A stretch of 63,789 bases of DNA, filler included, from Octopus bimaculoides (taxonomy: Eukaryota), in NCBI RefSeq assembly GCF_001194135.2. It is 6 parts of 6 records of this genome, joined end to end, with 100 filler letters (N's around TTAATTAATTAA, not from the genome) between each part and the next. Parts side by side here need not be neighbours in the genome. Positions count along the whole stretch, not along the records: positions 1 to 2,993 come from NW_026314520.1; positions 3,094 to 24,198 come from NC_069007.1; 4 more parts are not named here. The stretch is one strand, 5' to 3'. The position numbers and the translations under genes were made by a program. The notes under the pieces were generated by a model, which was given only the letters and a program-made list of their open reading frames with translations, was not told the origin of the DNA and made no database searches. How positions within the stretch are numbered: position 1 is the stretch's first letter; each line of letters starts with the position of its first letter. This document shows positions 1 to 11,930 of the stretch, piece by piece.

Positions 1-154
1 ATATATATATATATATGTATATATATATTTGATTTTTTGATATATGAATTAATGAATAGATGAATAATAATATTTATTATAATAACATTAATTATGATAA
101 TAATAGTAATCATCATCGTCATCGTCATCATCAACCAACAACAGCAACAACAAG

Positions 155-636
155 GCAGGCTGGCAGAATCCTTAGCATGCTGGGGTAAAATGCTTAGAAG
201 CGTTTCGTCTGTCGCTACGTTCTGAGTTCAAATGCTGCTGAAGTTGAGTTTGTTTGTCTTCAATGTTTTGGGGTCTATAATACAAACACCAGTCGAACAC
301 TGTGGGGGTGGGGTGTCAATGTAATCGACTTACACCACCCCCTAAAATTGCTGGCTTTGTGCCGAAATTCAAAACCATTATTATTATTATTATTATGATG
401 ATGATCATCATCATGGTGGTGAGCTGGTAGAATCATTAACATACTGGACAAAATTCTTAACGACATTTCATCCGTCTTTACATTCTGAGTTCAAATTCCA
501 CTGAGGTCCACTTTGACTTTCATTCTTTCGGGGTGGGGGGGTCGATAAATTAAGTACCAGTTACACACCGGGGTCGATGTAATCAACTTAATCCCATCCC
601 CCCCAAATTTGGGGCCTTGTGCTTCCAGTAGAAAGA

Positions 637-683
<47 letters not shown>

Positions 684-2432
684 GTCTTGTATTTCTTTCA
701 ACTTTTTATGTTGCAGAGTTGATGAAAAAGAATTAGCAACCAAATATTAGAAATCAATTTGTTTGTTTGTTCCCTCGCACCAAATTTCTGGCTTTATGTC
801 TGTGTAAAAATGATTTAGTCCCAGAACGGTACAAACAAAACGAATTATATTTCACTTCATCTAATTTTGTTTTTTTATCTTCAAATCCCACAAGGGTTGA
901 TTGTATTTTTTTCTTTTACCCTTTTAAGATTAGTATAACTTCCTGAAGTTAAATCAGTTGAGCATACACTGACACAGATGTGCTAACAGTAGTAACATTC
1001 TGTCTGTCTTTATGTTCTGAGTTCAAATTCTGCTAAGGTTGGCTTTGACTTTCATCCTTTTGGTGTTGATAAAAGAAGTACCAGTTGAACGCTGGGGTCG
1101 ATGTAATTAACTTACCCCATTCCCCGTAAAATCAGACCTTGTATCTATAAAGAAAGGGTTATTATTATCAAGGGCAGGTAAGCTGGCAGAAACGTTAGCA
1201 TGCCGGGCAAAATGCTTAGCAGTATTTCGTCTGTCTTTACGTTCTGAGTTCAAATTCCGCTGAGGTTGACTTTGCCTTTCATCCTTTCAGGGTTGTTAAA
1301 TTAAGTACCAGTTGTGTACTGAGGTCAATCTAATCAACTGGGCCCCCCCCCTAAATTTCGGGCCTTGTGCCTAGAGTAGAAAAGAAAATTGTTAGCATGC
1401 CAGACATCCTTTTAGAGTTGATGAAATAAGGGCCAGTTGAGCACTGGACTCAATGTAATTGACTTACTCCTTCACCTGAAATTGCAGGCCTTGTGCCAAA
1501 ACTTAAAACCCATTATTATCAAGGACAGGTGAACTGGTAGACTCATTAGCATACTGGACAAAATGCTTAAAGAGATTTCGACCGTCTCTATGTTCTGAGT
1601 TCAAATTCCGCTGAGGTCACCTTTGCCTTTCATCCTTTCACGGTTGATAGAATAAGCATCAGACGAACACGGGTTGATGTCATCGACTGTTCCCCTCCTC
1701 TAAAATTTCAGGCTTTGGGCTTATAACAAAAAGGATTATTATTATCAAGAGTAGATAGTGAAATGACAGAATCAGTAGAGCCGCAGACAAAATGCCCAGC
1801 AATATTTATTTCAACTTTCTACATTCTGAGTTTCCTGTTGCAACTAAATTTGTCTTTCACCCTTCTTGGGATGAGGTAGGGATCTGTAAAATAAAGTACC
1901 AGTCTAGCACTAGAGTATGTTTTCTTAGTACTTAAACTTCTCACAACTTTCTGGCATTGTGCCTATATCAATATTATATAGATTATTAACATTATCATTT
2001 ATATTTATGACATTATCATGTTCAAATTATTAACATTACAAGGGTGACAGATTGGCAGATTGTAAGAGCATCAAGTTGTACAGTTTGTTCTGATGTTCTG
2101 AGTTCAAAACCTATCCACATCAACTTTGTCTTTCATCTTTCCAATACTAGTCAAACCATGGGGGTTGAACTAATCAACTAATCCCTGCCCTTAAATCTGA
2201 GGTCTTGTGCCCAATGTTCAGCATTTCACCCTTCTTTATGTTCTGAGTTCAAATTCTACTGAGGTCAACTTTACCGTTCATCCTTTTGGGGTTTGGGGTC
2301 GATGAAATAAAGATCAGTCGAGCACTAGGGGGTCGATGTAATCGACTTGTCCCCTCCTCTCCCCTCCAAAATTTCAGGCCTTGTGCTTAGAGTAGAAAGG
2401 ATTACTACTACTACTACTACTACTACTACTAT
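155..2432 (+). mobile_element. Head-to-tail cluster of ~10 full or partial tRNA-derived SINE family A copies
   Basis: Recurrent module GGCGAGCTGGCAGAA (A-box-like)...GTTCTGAGTTCAAATTCC (B-box)...GCCTTTCATCCTTT...GGGGTCGATGTAATCGACT...GGCCTTGTGC-(ATT)n, starting near 155, 418, 690, 940, 1171, 1390, 1525, 1755, 2040, 2220; all on + strand. Confidence 0.9.
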
Positions 2433-2956
2433 CACAAGAGTTTGTGGAGGAGAAGAAACTGTAGCAGAGGGGGGAGAATGCATTGTGATGCACATTTGCT
2501 CAATGTTCAAATTCTGCTAGAGTTAATTAAAATATAACTAGTAATATACACTGGGCTTGATTCCATGAACTGAAATCTCTCTCTCTCTCACCCTGTCCCT
2601 CTCACTCTCACTATCTCTCTCTGTCTCTCTGTCTCTCCCTCTCTGCCAAATTACAGCTTTGTGCCACAGTGAGAAACCTTTTATTACTAACATCATGATC
2701 ATTATTTCTCTTACAGAGGTTTCCAAACAAATTATGAGAGCTAATGTGTGCCTGTCAGTCTTTGACTGTATCTGTCTGTCTGTTTGTCTGTATCATGCTG
2801 TGTTTGTATATATCTATGTATGTGTGTATATAATATGTGTGTGTATGTGTATATATATATATATATATACGTTTTCCTGTCATTCGCCACAATATTCCTC
2901 CGCACTACAAATTTAATTTGTTCCCGCGGGAAGAACTATTCTAATCATGCGTATAA

Positions 2957-2993
<37 letters not shown>

Positions 2994-3037
2994 NNNNNNN
3001 NNNNNNNNNNNNNNNNNNNNNNNNNNNNNNNNNNNNN

Positions 3038-3049
3038 TTAATTAATTAA
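3038..3049. other. Assembly gap placeholder TTAATTAATTAA (also 24243-24254, 39489-39500, 44402-44413, 61367-61378)
   Basis: Identical 12-mer embedded in N runs five times; 44 N + 12 + 44 N = 100 bp where counted; gives stops in all six frames. Confidence 0.95.
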
Positions 3050-3093
3050 NNNNNNNNNNNNNNNNNNNNNNNNNNNNNNNNNNNNNNNNNNNN

Positions 3094-3270
3094 TGACAAC
3101 CGATGCTGGTGTGTTTACGTCCCCGTAACATAGCGGTTCGGCAAAACAGACCGATAGAATAAGTACTAGGCTTACAAAGAATAAGTTCCGGGGTGGACTT
3201 GCTCGACTAAAGGCGGTGCTCCAGCATGGCCACAGTCAAATGACTGAAACGAGTAAAAGAGCAAAAGAGT
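3094..3270 (+). mobile_element. SINE family B, 3' half
   Basis: TGACAACCGATGCTGGTGTGTTTACGTCCCCGTAAC...GGCGGTGCTCCAGCATGGCC.CAGTCAAATGACTGAAAC-(TAAAAGAG) tail matches other copies. Confidence 0.9.
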
Positions 3271-3319
3271 GTAGTACAAAAGGAAGTCTTTGGGGATCCA
3301 CCAGAACAAAATAGTAACC

Positions 3320-3363
3320 AAAGGGGTTCATAGATAAAAAAAAAAAATGGTTGAGAAACCCTG
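3320..3363. mobile_element. hAT (Charlie-like) MITE terminus
   Basis: Ends in GGTTGAGAAACCCTG (3349-3363), reverse complement CAGGGTTTCTCAACC, typical of hAT/Charlie-type termini; partner end not found. Confidence 0.45.
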
Positions 3364-3994
3364 GTATAAGAGGAAGAGTCCACTACCAACGTGTGGAATT
3401 TGAACGATTTGTCGGTGAATAAAACTGTGACCCCTTTGCACTACTTTCAAGGAACAATCCTGATGTGTGGACGTGGATGAGCCACCATTGGCCTCTCACA
3501 CCACCTTCAGTAATATATTATTACGACAGCTATGTAATACAATGCTAAAGTATAGGTTTCTCTTTCTTTCTTTCTTTCTTTCTTTCTCTCCCACTCCGTC
3601 TCTCTCTCTCTCTGTACCCCCCCCCACTCCTCGCATGCTCTCATTATCCTTCATTTTTTCCCTTCTACTCCTCTTCCAGCCTCCTCGCTCCTTTTTCAAC
3701 TCTGTCCACCTTCTACTATCTCTGCAAATCTTTCTTCCTTATCATCTCTCTCTCTCTNNNNNNNNNNCGCCGCCATCACAGTACAAGTGTATTTACACAC
3801 AATTTGTGACCATCCTTGACAACATTCCACAGCAATTTACTGGACTTCAAGCGCGTGTGCGTGTGTGGGTGTGTGTGTGATAATGACACTATATAATGTT
3901 AGGAACATAGGTCTGTCAGCGTGAGAGAAAGAAAGAGAGAGGGAAGTGCATGGAAGAATGAATTCCTAATTCGTGCGTTCATGCATGCATATTC

Positions 3995-4216
3995 TGTTAT
4001 TCTTTTACTTGTTTCAGTCATTTGACTGAGTGACTGCGACCATGCTGGGGCACCACCTCGAAGAATTTTTACTCGAAAGAATCGACCCCAATACTTATAT
4101 ATTTTTTTAAAGCCTGGTACTTATACAATCGGTCTCTCTATGTCGAACCGCTAATTTATGTGGATGTAAACACACCAACACCGGTTGTCAAGCAGTGGGG
4201 GTGCGACGAACACACA

Positions 4217-4254
<38 letters not shown>
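3995..4254 (-). mobile_element. SINE family B, 3' half running into (TA)n and gap
   Basis: TTTTACTTGTTTCAGTCATTTGACTG...CCATGCTGG is the reverse complement of the family B tail. Confidence 0.85.
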
Positions 4255-4786
4255 NNNNNNNNNNNNNNNNNNNNNNNNNNNNNNNNNNNNNNNNNNNNNN
4301 NNNNNNNNNNNNNNNNNNNNNNNNNNNNNNNNNNNNNNNNNNNNNNNNNNNNNNNNNNNNNNNNNNNNNNNNNNNNNNNNNNNNNNNNNNNNNNNNNNNN
4401 NNNNNNNNNNNNNNNNNNNNNNNNNNNNNNNNNNNNNNNNNNNNNNNNNNNNNNNNNNNNNNNNNNNNNNNNNNNNNNNNNNNNNNNNNNNNNNNNNNNN
4501 NNNNNNNNNNNNNNNNNNNNNNNNNNNNNNNNNNNNNNNNNNNNNNNNNNNNNNNNNNNNNNNNNNNNNNNNNNNNNNNNNNNNNNNNNNNNNNNNNNNN
4601 NNNNNNNNNNNNNNNNNNNNNNNNNNNNNNNNNNNNNNNNNNNNNNNNNNNNNNNNNNNNNNNNNNNNNNNNNNNNNNNNNNNNNNNGATTTAAATGACT
4701 TAGCCCCGCTACCCCCAAAACTGATAACTTTGAGTACAATTTTGAAACCAAGTCTTATACAAGTGTCTATTTATCACTAAATACAA

Positions 4787-4955
4787 GGTGCAGGAGTGGC
4801 TGTGTGGTAAGTAGCTTGCTTACCAACCACATGGTTCCAGGTTCAGTCCCACTGCATGGCACCTTAGGCAAGTGTCTTCTACTATAGCCTCGGATCGACC
4901 AAAGCCTTGTGAGTGGATTTGGTAGACGGAAACTGAAAGAAGCCCATCGTATATA

Positions 4956-5002
<47 letters not shown>

Positions 5003-5205
5003 TTGTGTGTCTGTATTTGTCCCCCCAACATCGCTTGACAATCAATGGTGGCATGTTTACGTCTCCGTAACTTAGCAGTTCGGCAAAACGAGACCGATAG
5101 AATAAGTACTAGGCTTACAAAGAATAAGTCCTGGGGTCGATTTACTCGACTAAAGGCGGTGCTCCAGCATGGCCACAGTCAAGTGACTGAAACAAGTACA
5201 GAGAG
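4787..5205 (+). mobile_element. SINE family B, full length (tRNA head, CORE-like segment, internal microsatellite, 3' half)
   Basis: Head GGTGCAGGAGTGGCTGTGTGGTAAG...GGTTCAGTCCC (A/B boxes); CACCTTAGGCAAGTG resembles the CORE-SINE motif; (TA)/(TG) linker at ~4950-5010. Confidence 0.9.
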
Positions 5206-6014
5206 TATATGTTTGCATAATTTGACATACATGTATATATGAATGTATTTAACTATATACACTTGCATGTGTGTAGGTGTCTAGCTTTTTGTGTGTGTGT
5301 GGTAAGGTTGAATGATTAACAAGTTCAGTTTGCAACCACAAAGGTCTGGGTTCATTCCTACTGCACAGCATTTTTATTAGGCAGGTGTCATTTTCTATAG
5401 CCTCAAGTTGACCTGTGCCACACTGAGAAGAACTGGGTGGGCAGAAACTGCAGAAACCGGTTGGTCGGTGGGTCGGTCAGTGATTGGTTGAATTGTGTTA
5501 TGCAAATCAAAAGTAACAGCCTTGTCACACTTCACTTACTGTGTCACACTGACTGTGGCCGAGAATTAGGTAAAGGACAGCCATGTGCCTTTGAAATACT
5601 GACCCACTTTGATGTTAATTCATGAACAGAAAATTCAGTTAATTGAACAACCGGAGCCCCATTGGATCTGCTGGGCCAACCTTCTATACATGAATTTATT
5701 TCAAGTTGCTCCAGTTCACTCAGCTGTAGAAACGAGTTGTGATGTCACTGGAGCCAAGCTGTATCGGCCCCTTTGCCTTTCCCTTGGGTAACATCTGTTT
5801 CCAAGCAAGATAATATTTCTCCCCCGGCCAGATATGGGTTTCTGTGGAAGATTGGAAACAAACAACATCGATCGTATGACAGTAAAATAGTTGCATACAA
5901 CCATCTTGTGATGTCGGGACCAGGATACACACGCACACACACACACACACACACACTATAAGTTGCATGGAATTGAATGAAACTGTTTTAAATAATATAT
6001 ATACACACATACAT

Positions 6015-6185
6015 ATGAACAGGGTGAGCTTGTTTCAGTTTTTATCTACTAAATTCACTCACAAGGCTTTGGCTGATCCAGGGATACAATAGAAGATACT
6101 TGCCTAAGGTACTGTGCAGGGTGGACTGAACTTGAGATCACATGGTTTGGAAGCAACTACTCAACAACATAGCCATGCCTGTGAC
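6015..6185 (-). mobile_element. SINE family B, diverged 5' half
   Basis: TTCAGTTTTTATCTACTAAATTCACTCACAAGGCTTTGG...CATAGCCATGCCTG matches reverse complement of head. Confidence 0.75.
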
Positions 6186-6214
6186 TATAGATACACACGT
6201 ATACACACACACGT

Positions 6215-6625
6215 AAGACAAGGGACGAAGTGGTGAGAAAGGATCTTCAGACATTGGGCCTCACAGAGGGAGTGACAAGGGACTGAGACTTCTGACGGTT
6301 TGCTGTGCTTGAGAAGCTGTGTCAAGCTAAATAAAATCATGGCTGTCCTTGCATATAGGCATGTCCCCTACATCCCTCCCTCATTTGAGTGATCCTGATC
6401 TTGTAGGCTCATGGGTGCTGGGGCCACATAAAAAGCACCTTTGCTGGTGCCAGGTGAAAGCTACCAGTACACTTTGCAAAGTGGTTGGCATTAAGAAGGG
6501 CATCCAACCATAGAAAGCAAGCCAAAACAGACATGGAGCCCAGGCAGCTCGATAGACGACCAGCTCTGGTCAAACCGTCCAACCCATGCCAGCACGGAAA
6601 ACGGATGTTAAAATGGTGACGACAC
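6215..6625 (+). mobile_element. RTE-clade LINE 3' end (decayed ORF C-terminus plus 3' UTR)
   Basis: From 6215 reads KTRDEVVRKDLQTLGLTEGVTRD*DF*RFAVLEK, like the RTE C-terminus (W.D.V..DL..LGL....A.DR..WR); 3' UTR carries GAAGGGCATCCA...CAACCCATGCCAGCA.GGAAAACGGATGTTAA. Confidence 0.7.
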
Positions 6626-6873
6626 ACACACACACACACACAAGCACTCATAGTGCTTATGTGATATGTGTACAAGTACATGGATATATAAGTACATACA
6701 TTTGTGTCTGACCACTTTGTATGTCATTGGATACAAGTAAGTGGATGTTTGAGCAATAGTATAGAAGTGTATATGTGTGAAAGTATATGTGTACATATTT
6801 GTACAGAAGTCTGTGAGAAGTGATAAGTATTATCTGTAAAAACAGGATACAGCATGTGTTTATTTTATATGCA

Positions 6874-6911
<38 letters not shown>

Positions 6912-7090
6912 CTCTTTTACTTGTTTCAGTCATTTGACTGTGGCCATGCTGGAACACCACCTTTAGTCAAGCAAATCAACCCCAGGACTTATTCTATCGG
7001 TCTCTCTTGTTAAACTAAGTTACAGGGACGTAAACACCACTATCGGTTGTCAAGCGGCGTTGGGGGAAAAATACAGACACACAAACATAT
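6912..7090 (-). mobile_element. SINE family B, 3' half
   Basis: CTCTTTTACTTGTTTCAGTCATTTGACTGTGGCCATGCTGG match. Confidence 0.85.
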
Positions 7091-7137
7091 ACACACACAT
7101 ACATATCTATCTATCTATATATATATATATGTGTGTG

Positions 7138-7194
<57 letters not shown>

Positions 7195-7578
7195 NNNNNN
7201 NNNNNNNNNNNNNNNNNNNNNNNNNNNNNNNNNNNNNNNNNNNNNNNNNNNNNNNNNNNNNNNNNNNNNNNNNNNNNNNNNNNNNNNNNNNNNNNNNNNN
7301 NNNNNNNNNNNNNNNNNNNNNNNNNNNNNNNNNNNNNNNNNNNNNNNNNNNNNNNNNNNNNNNNNNNNNNNNNNNNNNNNNNNNNNNNNNNNNNNNNNNN
7401 NNNNNNNNNNNNNNNNNNNNNNNNNNNNNNNNNNNNNNNNNNNNNNNNNNNNNNNNNNNNNNNNNNNNNNNNNNNNNNNNNNNNNNNNNNNNNNNNNNNN
7501 NNNNNNNNNNNNNNNNNNNNNNNNNNNNNNNNNNNNNNNNNNNNNNNNNNNNNNNNNNNNNNNNNNNNNNNNNNNNNN

Positions 7579-7609
<31 letters not shown>

Positions 7610-8035
7610 TCATCATCATTTAACGTCTGTTTTCCATGGGTATTACATATATACATACATCTATCATCAATAAATCTACACACACATATATATATATATA
7701 TATGTATATATTAAACATATGTATAGTGTAGCATACACGCACATGCACACTGCTTGTGTGTGCACATGTGCACGCAGAGTATGTAGTGTGTATGCGATTG
7801 TTAAGTGATGTCTACAAAACAGGACACAGTACAATATATTTAAATAAAGGTCAGTAATAAACAGGTCTATCCCACCCCACATCCAACTCAGCCCTCTTCC
7901 GCCTCTCACTGGATGAAAATACCCCTATCCCACCCAAACATTGTATTATTATTATTCTTCTTATTATTATTATCATTATTATTTATTAATGCAAACGTTT
8001 GTGGTTAATAAAGAAATCCTTATTATTATTATTAT

Positions 8036-8255
8036 CAAGCTGGCAGAATCGTTAGCACGCTGGACAGAATGCTTAGCAGTATTTTGCCTGTCGCTACGCT
8101 TTGAGTTCAAATTCTGACGACGTCGGCTTTGCCTTTTATCCTTTCAGGGTCGATAGATTAAGTACCAGTGAAACACTGGGGTCGATGTAATCAACTAGTC
8201 TCCTCCCTCAAAATTTCAGGCCTTGTGCCTTTATTAGAGAGGATTATTATTATTA
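8036..8255 (+). mobile_element. SINE family A copy inside (ATT)n
   Basis: Full A module with ATT repeats on both sides. Confidence 0.9.
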
Positions 8256-8289
8256 CTGTTGTTGTTTAATTAGTTCGAAGATGGGTCAA

Positions 8290-8460
8290 CAGGAAAGCTT
8301 AGAAATAGCAGCCAAGTCTTCCTCAAATAACGTACCACAATCTGGAAGCTAGGAACATATAGACCCTGATAGACAAGGTGGTCACAGTCAAAGAATCTTT
8401 GACCATAAACCAAGTAGGGCATGGGACTAGACAACAATCTCTCAAAACAAGGGATGGTAC
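8290..8460 (+). repeat. Unclassified dispersed repeat E (copies ~30680-31110, 33460-33770, 38480-38640, 41640-41790, 42620-42780, 49280-49480)
   Basis: Shared motif CTAGAAATAGCAGCCAA / TTGGTTGCTATTTCTAG and GTGACCATCCC segments recur in diverged form. Confidence 0.55.
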
Positions 8461-9119
8461 TGTCACCTTCTGATAAAACCTATTCAGATATAGTGGGCGG
8501 GTGTACAGTAGTGCATGGCAAGTTGGGGAGAGAGAGAGGGAGAGGGTACGGTTATACGGTTATATAACATCATACCAAAGTCTCCGGCATTGAGTGACTG
8601 GCAATGCTTTTTATAAACCAAGATTCTACATACACTGGCTTCACTGATTACAAAGCATGGTGGTGGTGGTAGTGGTGGTGATGGTAGCTATGATGATGGT
8701 GTGTGTGTGGTTTAACTTTTGACAAAGGCTTTATTCAAAAACAAATCTTTATGTATCCTGACTTGGTCTACATAACACAAACTGCTTACAGATATGACTA
8801 ACTTTGAAAACACTAAAGCTGTTTTTTAAATATATTTATCTTAGATTTGTCTGTTTGTTTTTCAGTAGTAATCTTTTATTTCTATTTCCCTTTTTATTTT
8901 TTATTTTTTATTTTTTTTTTTTTTTTTGGCACCATGAAGACAGTACTTATGGCTGCTTTACCAGGAAGATCTGAAAAAACTGACAAGAGAACAGAAAAAA
9001 GGAACTCACTGTTATGCTCAAACTGAAGATCTGGTCCAAATGCATGTAAAACAGTAAAAGAGTGAACATCATTGAAGCACCCTACCACTACCACCAACAC
9101 CAAAGGGCCAGGCCAAGCT

Positions 9120-9365
9120 AAAAAAACTATCCCAATGCTTTTTACGTGGCACCTTACTTTTAGGATCCCAATTCTGCTGTGGTGGGTGCGACTTCTTGAG
9201 AACAGCAATGCACCACATATCTTGGTTCTCTGTCATTTCCTTTGTAAGGTTCAGCATTTTAAAATCAGCTCACAATACTTTGACCTATGCCAACCTTCAA
9301 TATTTTGGCCCAGGTTTGGCCTTCAATATTTCATCCCAGGTTCGGCCTTCAATATTTCGTTTCAA
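9120..9365 (-). mobile_element. RTE LINE 3' fragment joined to a ~29-bp tandem repeat
   Basis: Minus ORF LNLTKEMTENQDMWCIAVLKK is homologous to the 6215 fragment; CCTTCAATATTT...CCCAGGTT.GG repeated ~3x at 9290-9360. Confidence 0.65.
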
Positions 9366-9736
9366 AATTAATTGAAACAAATGCAGCATATTTCATTGGA
9401 AATATGGTAATGAAAGGGGTTAATAATAAAAAAAAAATTTATTGCACTCTTTATTATTTTCAAAATTAATTAGAACAAGGTTAGTGCATTTCAACAGAAG
9501 TACAGCAATGAAATGTTCAACTCTTTTGATACCAGCCTAAGATCACCCCTGGTTTTATGATACATTGCCTCATATTCAAAGTGATCGAAATGAAAACCTT
9601 CCATCGAAATTTCATGTTAATTTGTGTTTCAAACCGCAAATACTGACAAATATATTTTATGGTCTTCTTGATTATTTTCAAAATTAATTGAATTAAAGCC
9701 AGTGTATTTCAACAGAAATATGATAACAAAAGCTAA
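9361..9736. mobile_element. Degraded piggyBac-type MITE fragments (2-3 adjacent)
   Basis: End GGTAATGAAAGGGGTTAA (~9406-9423), degenerate left end TCAA|CTCTTTTGATACC (~9517), repeated internal TTTCAAAATTAATT. Confidence 0.4.
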
Positions 9737-9904
9737 ATTGGTAGGGGAAAATGTACGACAATGACTGATAATATTTTTAGTAAGTTTTGCAAGCAAGGGA
9801 GACAATTGAAGACATGTTTTGATGTAATGACTAACACATCAGGAAAACGAACTTCAGCATACTTTTTTATGGAAGTACAGTAATGGATGAATCAACAGCA
9901 ACAG

Positions 9905-10300
9905 TTAACATCTGTTTTCCATGCTGGCATGGGTTAGACAGCTTGACAGGAACTGGCAAGGCCAGGGGCTGCACAGGTCCTAGATTCTGTTTTGGCGTGG
10001 TTTCTGTAACTTGATGCCCTTCCTAATGCCAATCGCTCCACAGAGTGTACTGGGTGATTTTTATGTGGCACTAGCACCCGCACCAATTTTTTTTTTTTTT
10101 ATGTGGCACCGTGGTTTTCAGATCTCAATTTTGTTGTGGTGGGCAGGACTTCTCAAGTACAGCAATGCACCACATATCTCGGTCCTCTGTCATCCCCTTC
10201 AGCATTGAGATCAGCTTCCAATACTACATCTCATGTCTGTCAGTGCTTTGAAATTGGCCTTCAATACTTCGTCCCATGTTCAGCCTTCAGGAGGAATTTC
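9905..10300 (-). mobile_element. RTE LINE 3' end (3' UTR plus last codons)
   Basis: TTTTCCATGCTGGCATGGGTT...GATGCCCTTCCTAATGCCAA...CAGCAATGCACCACATATCTC, homologous to 9120-9300 and 12198. Confidence 0.7.
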
Positions 10301-11109
10301 AACCATGTTTCGTGGTCTGCTACCACAACAACTCCTTTATAGGATCCAGTTAGCTCAAGACATCATCAGGAGGAACCACGTCCGGTTTCGGCCCCTACTC
10401 CTCTACCATTNNNNNNNNNNNNNNNNNNNNNNNNNNNNNNNNNNNNNNNNNNNNNNNNNNNNNNNNNNNNNNNNNNNNNNNNNNNNNNNNNNNNNNNNNN
10501 NNNNNNNNNNNNNNNNNNNNNNNNNNNNNNNNNNNNNNNNNNNNNNNNNNNNNNNNNNNNNNNNNNNNNNNNNNNNNNNNNNNNNNNNNNNNNNNNNNNN
10601 NNNNNNNNNNNNNNNNNNNNNNNNNNNNNNNNNNNNNNNNNNNNNNNNNNNNNNNNNNNNNNNNNNNNNNNNNNNNNNNNNNNNNNNNNNNNNNNNNNNN
10701 NNNNNNNNNNNNNNNNNNNNNNNNNNNNNNNNNNNNNNNNNNNNNNNNNNNNNNNNNNNNNNNNNNNNNNNNNNNNNNNNNNNNNNNNNNNNNNNNNNNN
10801 NNNNNNNNNNNNNNNNNNNNNNNNNNNNNNNNNNNNNNNNNNNNNNNNNNNNNNNNNNNNNNNNNNNNNNNNNNNNNNNNNNNNNNNNNNNNNNNNNNNN
10901 NNNNNNNNNNNNNNNNNNNNNNNNNNNNNNNNNNNNNNNNNNNNNNNNNNNNNNNNNNNNNNNNNNNNNNNNNNNNNNNNNNNNNNNNNNNNNNNNNNNN
11001 NNNNNNNNNNNNNNNNNNNNNNNNNNNNNNNNNNNNNNNNNNNNNNNNNNNNNNNNNNNNNNNNNNNNNNNNNNNNNNNCCCCTTATCACCCAATTATAT
11101 TTTCACTCT

Positions 11110-11492
11110 TATCCTCTATCTTGTTTCAATCATTGGACTGTGGCCATGCTGGGGCACCACCTTGAAGAATTTTAGTTGAATGAATCAACCCCAGTATTGA
11201 TTTTTTTTTTAAGGCCTGGTAATTATTCCATCAGTCTCTTTTGATGAACTGCTAAGTTATGAGGACGTAAACACAAGCTGTGGCTGGTGAGAGACAAATA
11301 CATACACAAAGACGCACACACATATACGACAGGCTTCTTTCAGTTTCCATCTACCAAATACACTCATAAGGCTTTGGTTGGCCCGAGGCTATAGTAGAAG
11401 AAACTTGCACAAGGTGCCACATGGTGGGACTGAACCCCGAACCATGTGGTTGGGAAGCAAATTTCTTACCACACAGCCATGCCTGCTGCACC
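11110..11492 (-). mobile_element. SINE family B, full length
   Basis: Both halves present in reverse orientation. Confidence 0.85.
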
Positions 11493-11496
11493 TATC

Positions 11497-11625
11497 TACA
11501 AAATTATATTTTCCCCATTCTTCACAAAATTATATTTTCCCTCACCACATTATTTACCCCACACAATTATATTTTCCCCTCTCATCACGTAATTACATTT
11601 TCCCTCACAAAACTATTTCACCCTG
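11497..11625. repeat. Degenerate minisatellite (core AATTATATTTTCCC, ~5 units)
   Basis: ACAAAATTATATTTTCCC recurs at ~25-35 bp spacing. Confidence 0.7.
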
Positions 11626-11930
11626 CTTATCCAGATAATCACATACCACCTCCCCATCAATTCCATCATGTAATTAGAATTCCAGTCCCCACCCCCACCC
11701 CACTCACAACACAACTGCAGAAAAAAAAAAGAAAAGAAAAAAAGCATAAATTTTTTTCGCTATCTATGCATAAAGAGCTTCTTTGAAGAGAATGCAAACT
11801 GCAATTAAGACTCACCTGAATAATGCCGCTATTTTTTGTTTTTCTGCCAGGTGAGAAAGCTGGCAGAGTCATTAGCACATCAAACAAAATGCTTTGTGGC
11901 ATTTCTTCAGGTTTTATGTTTCTAGTTTAA

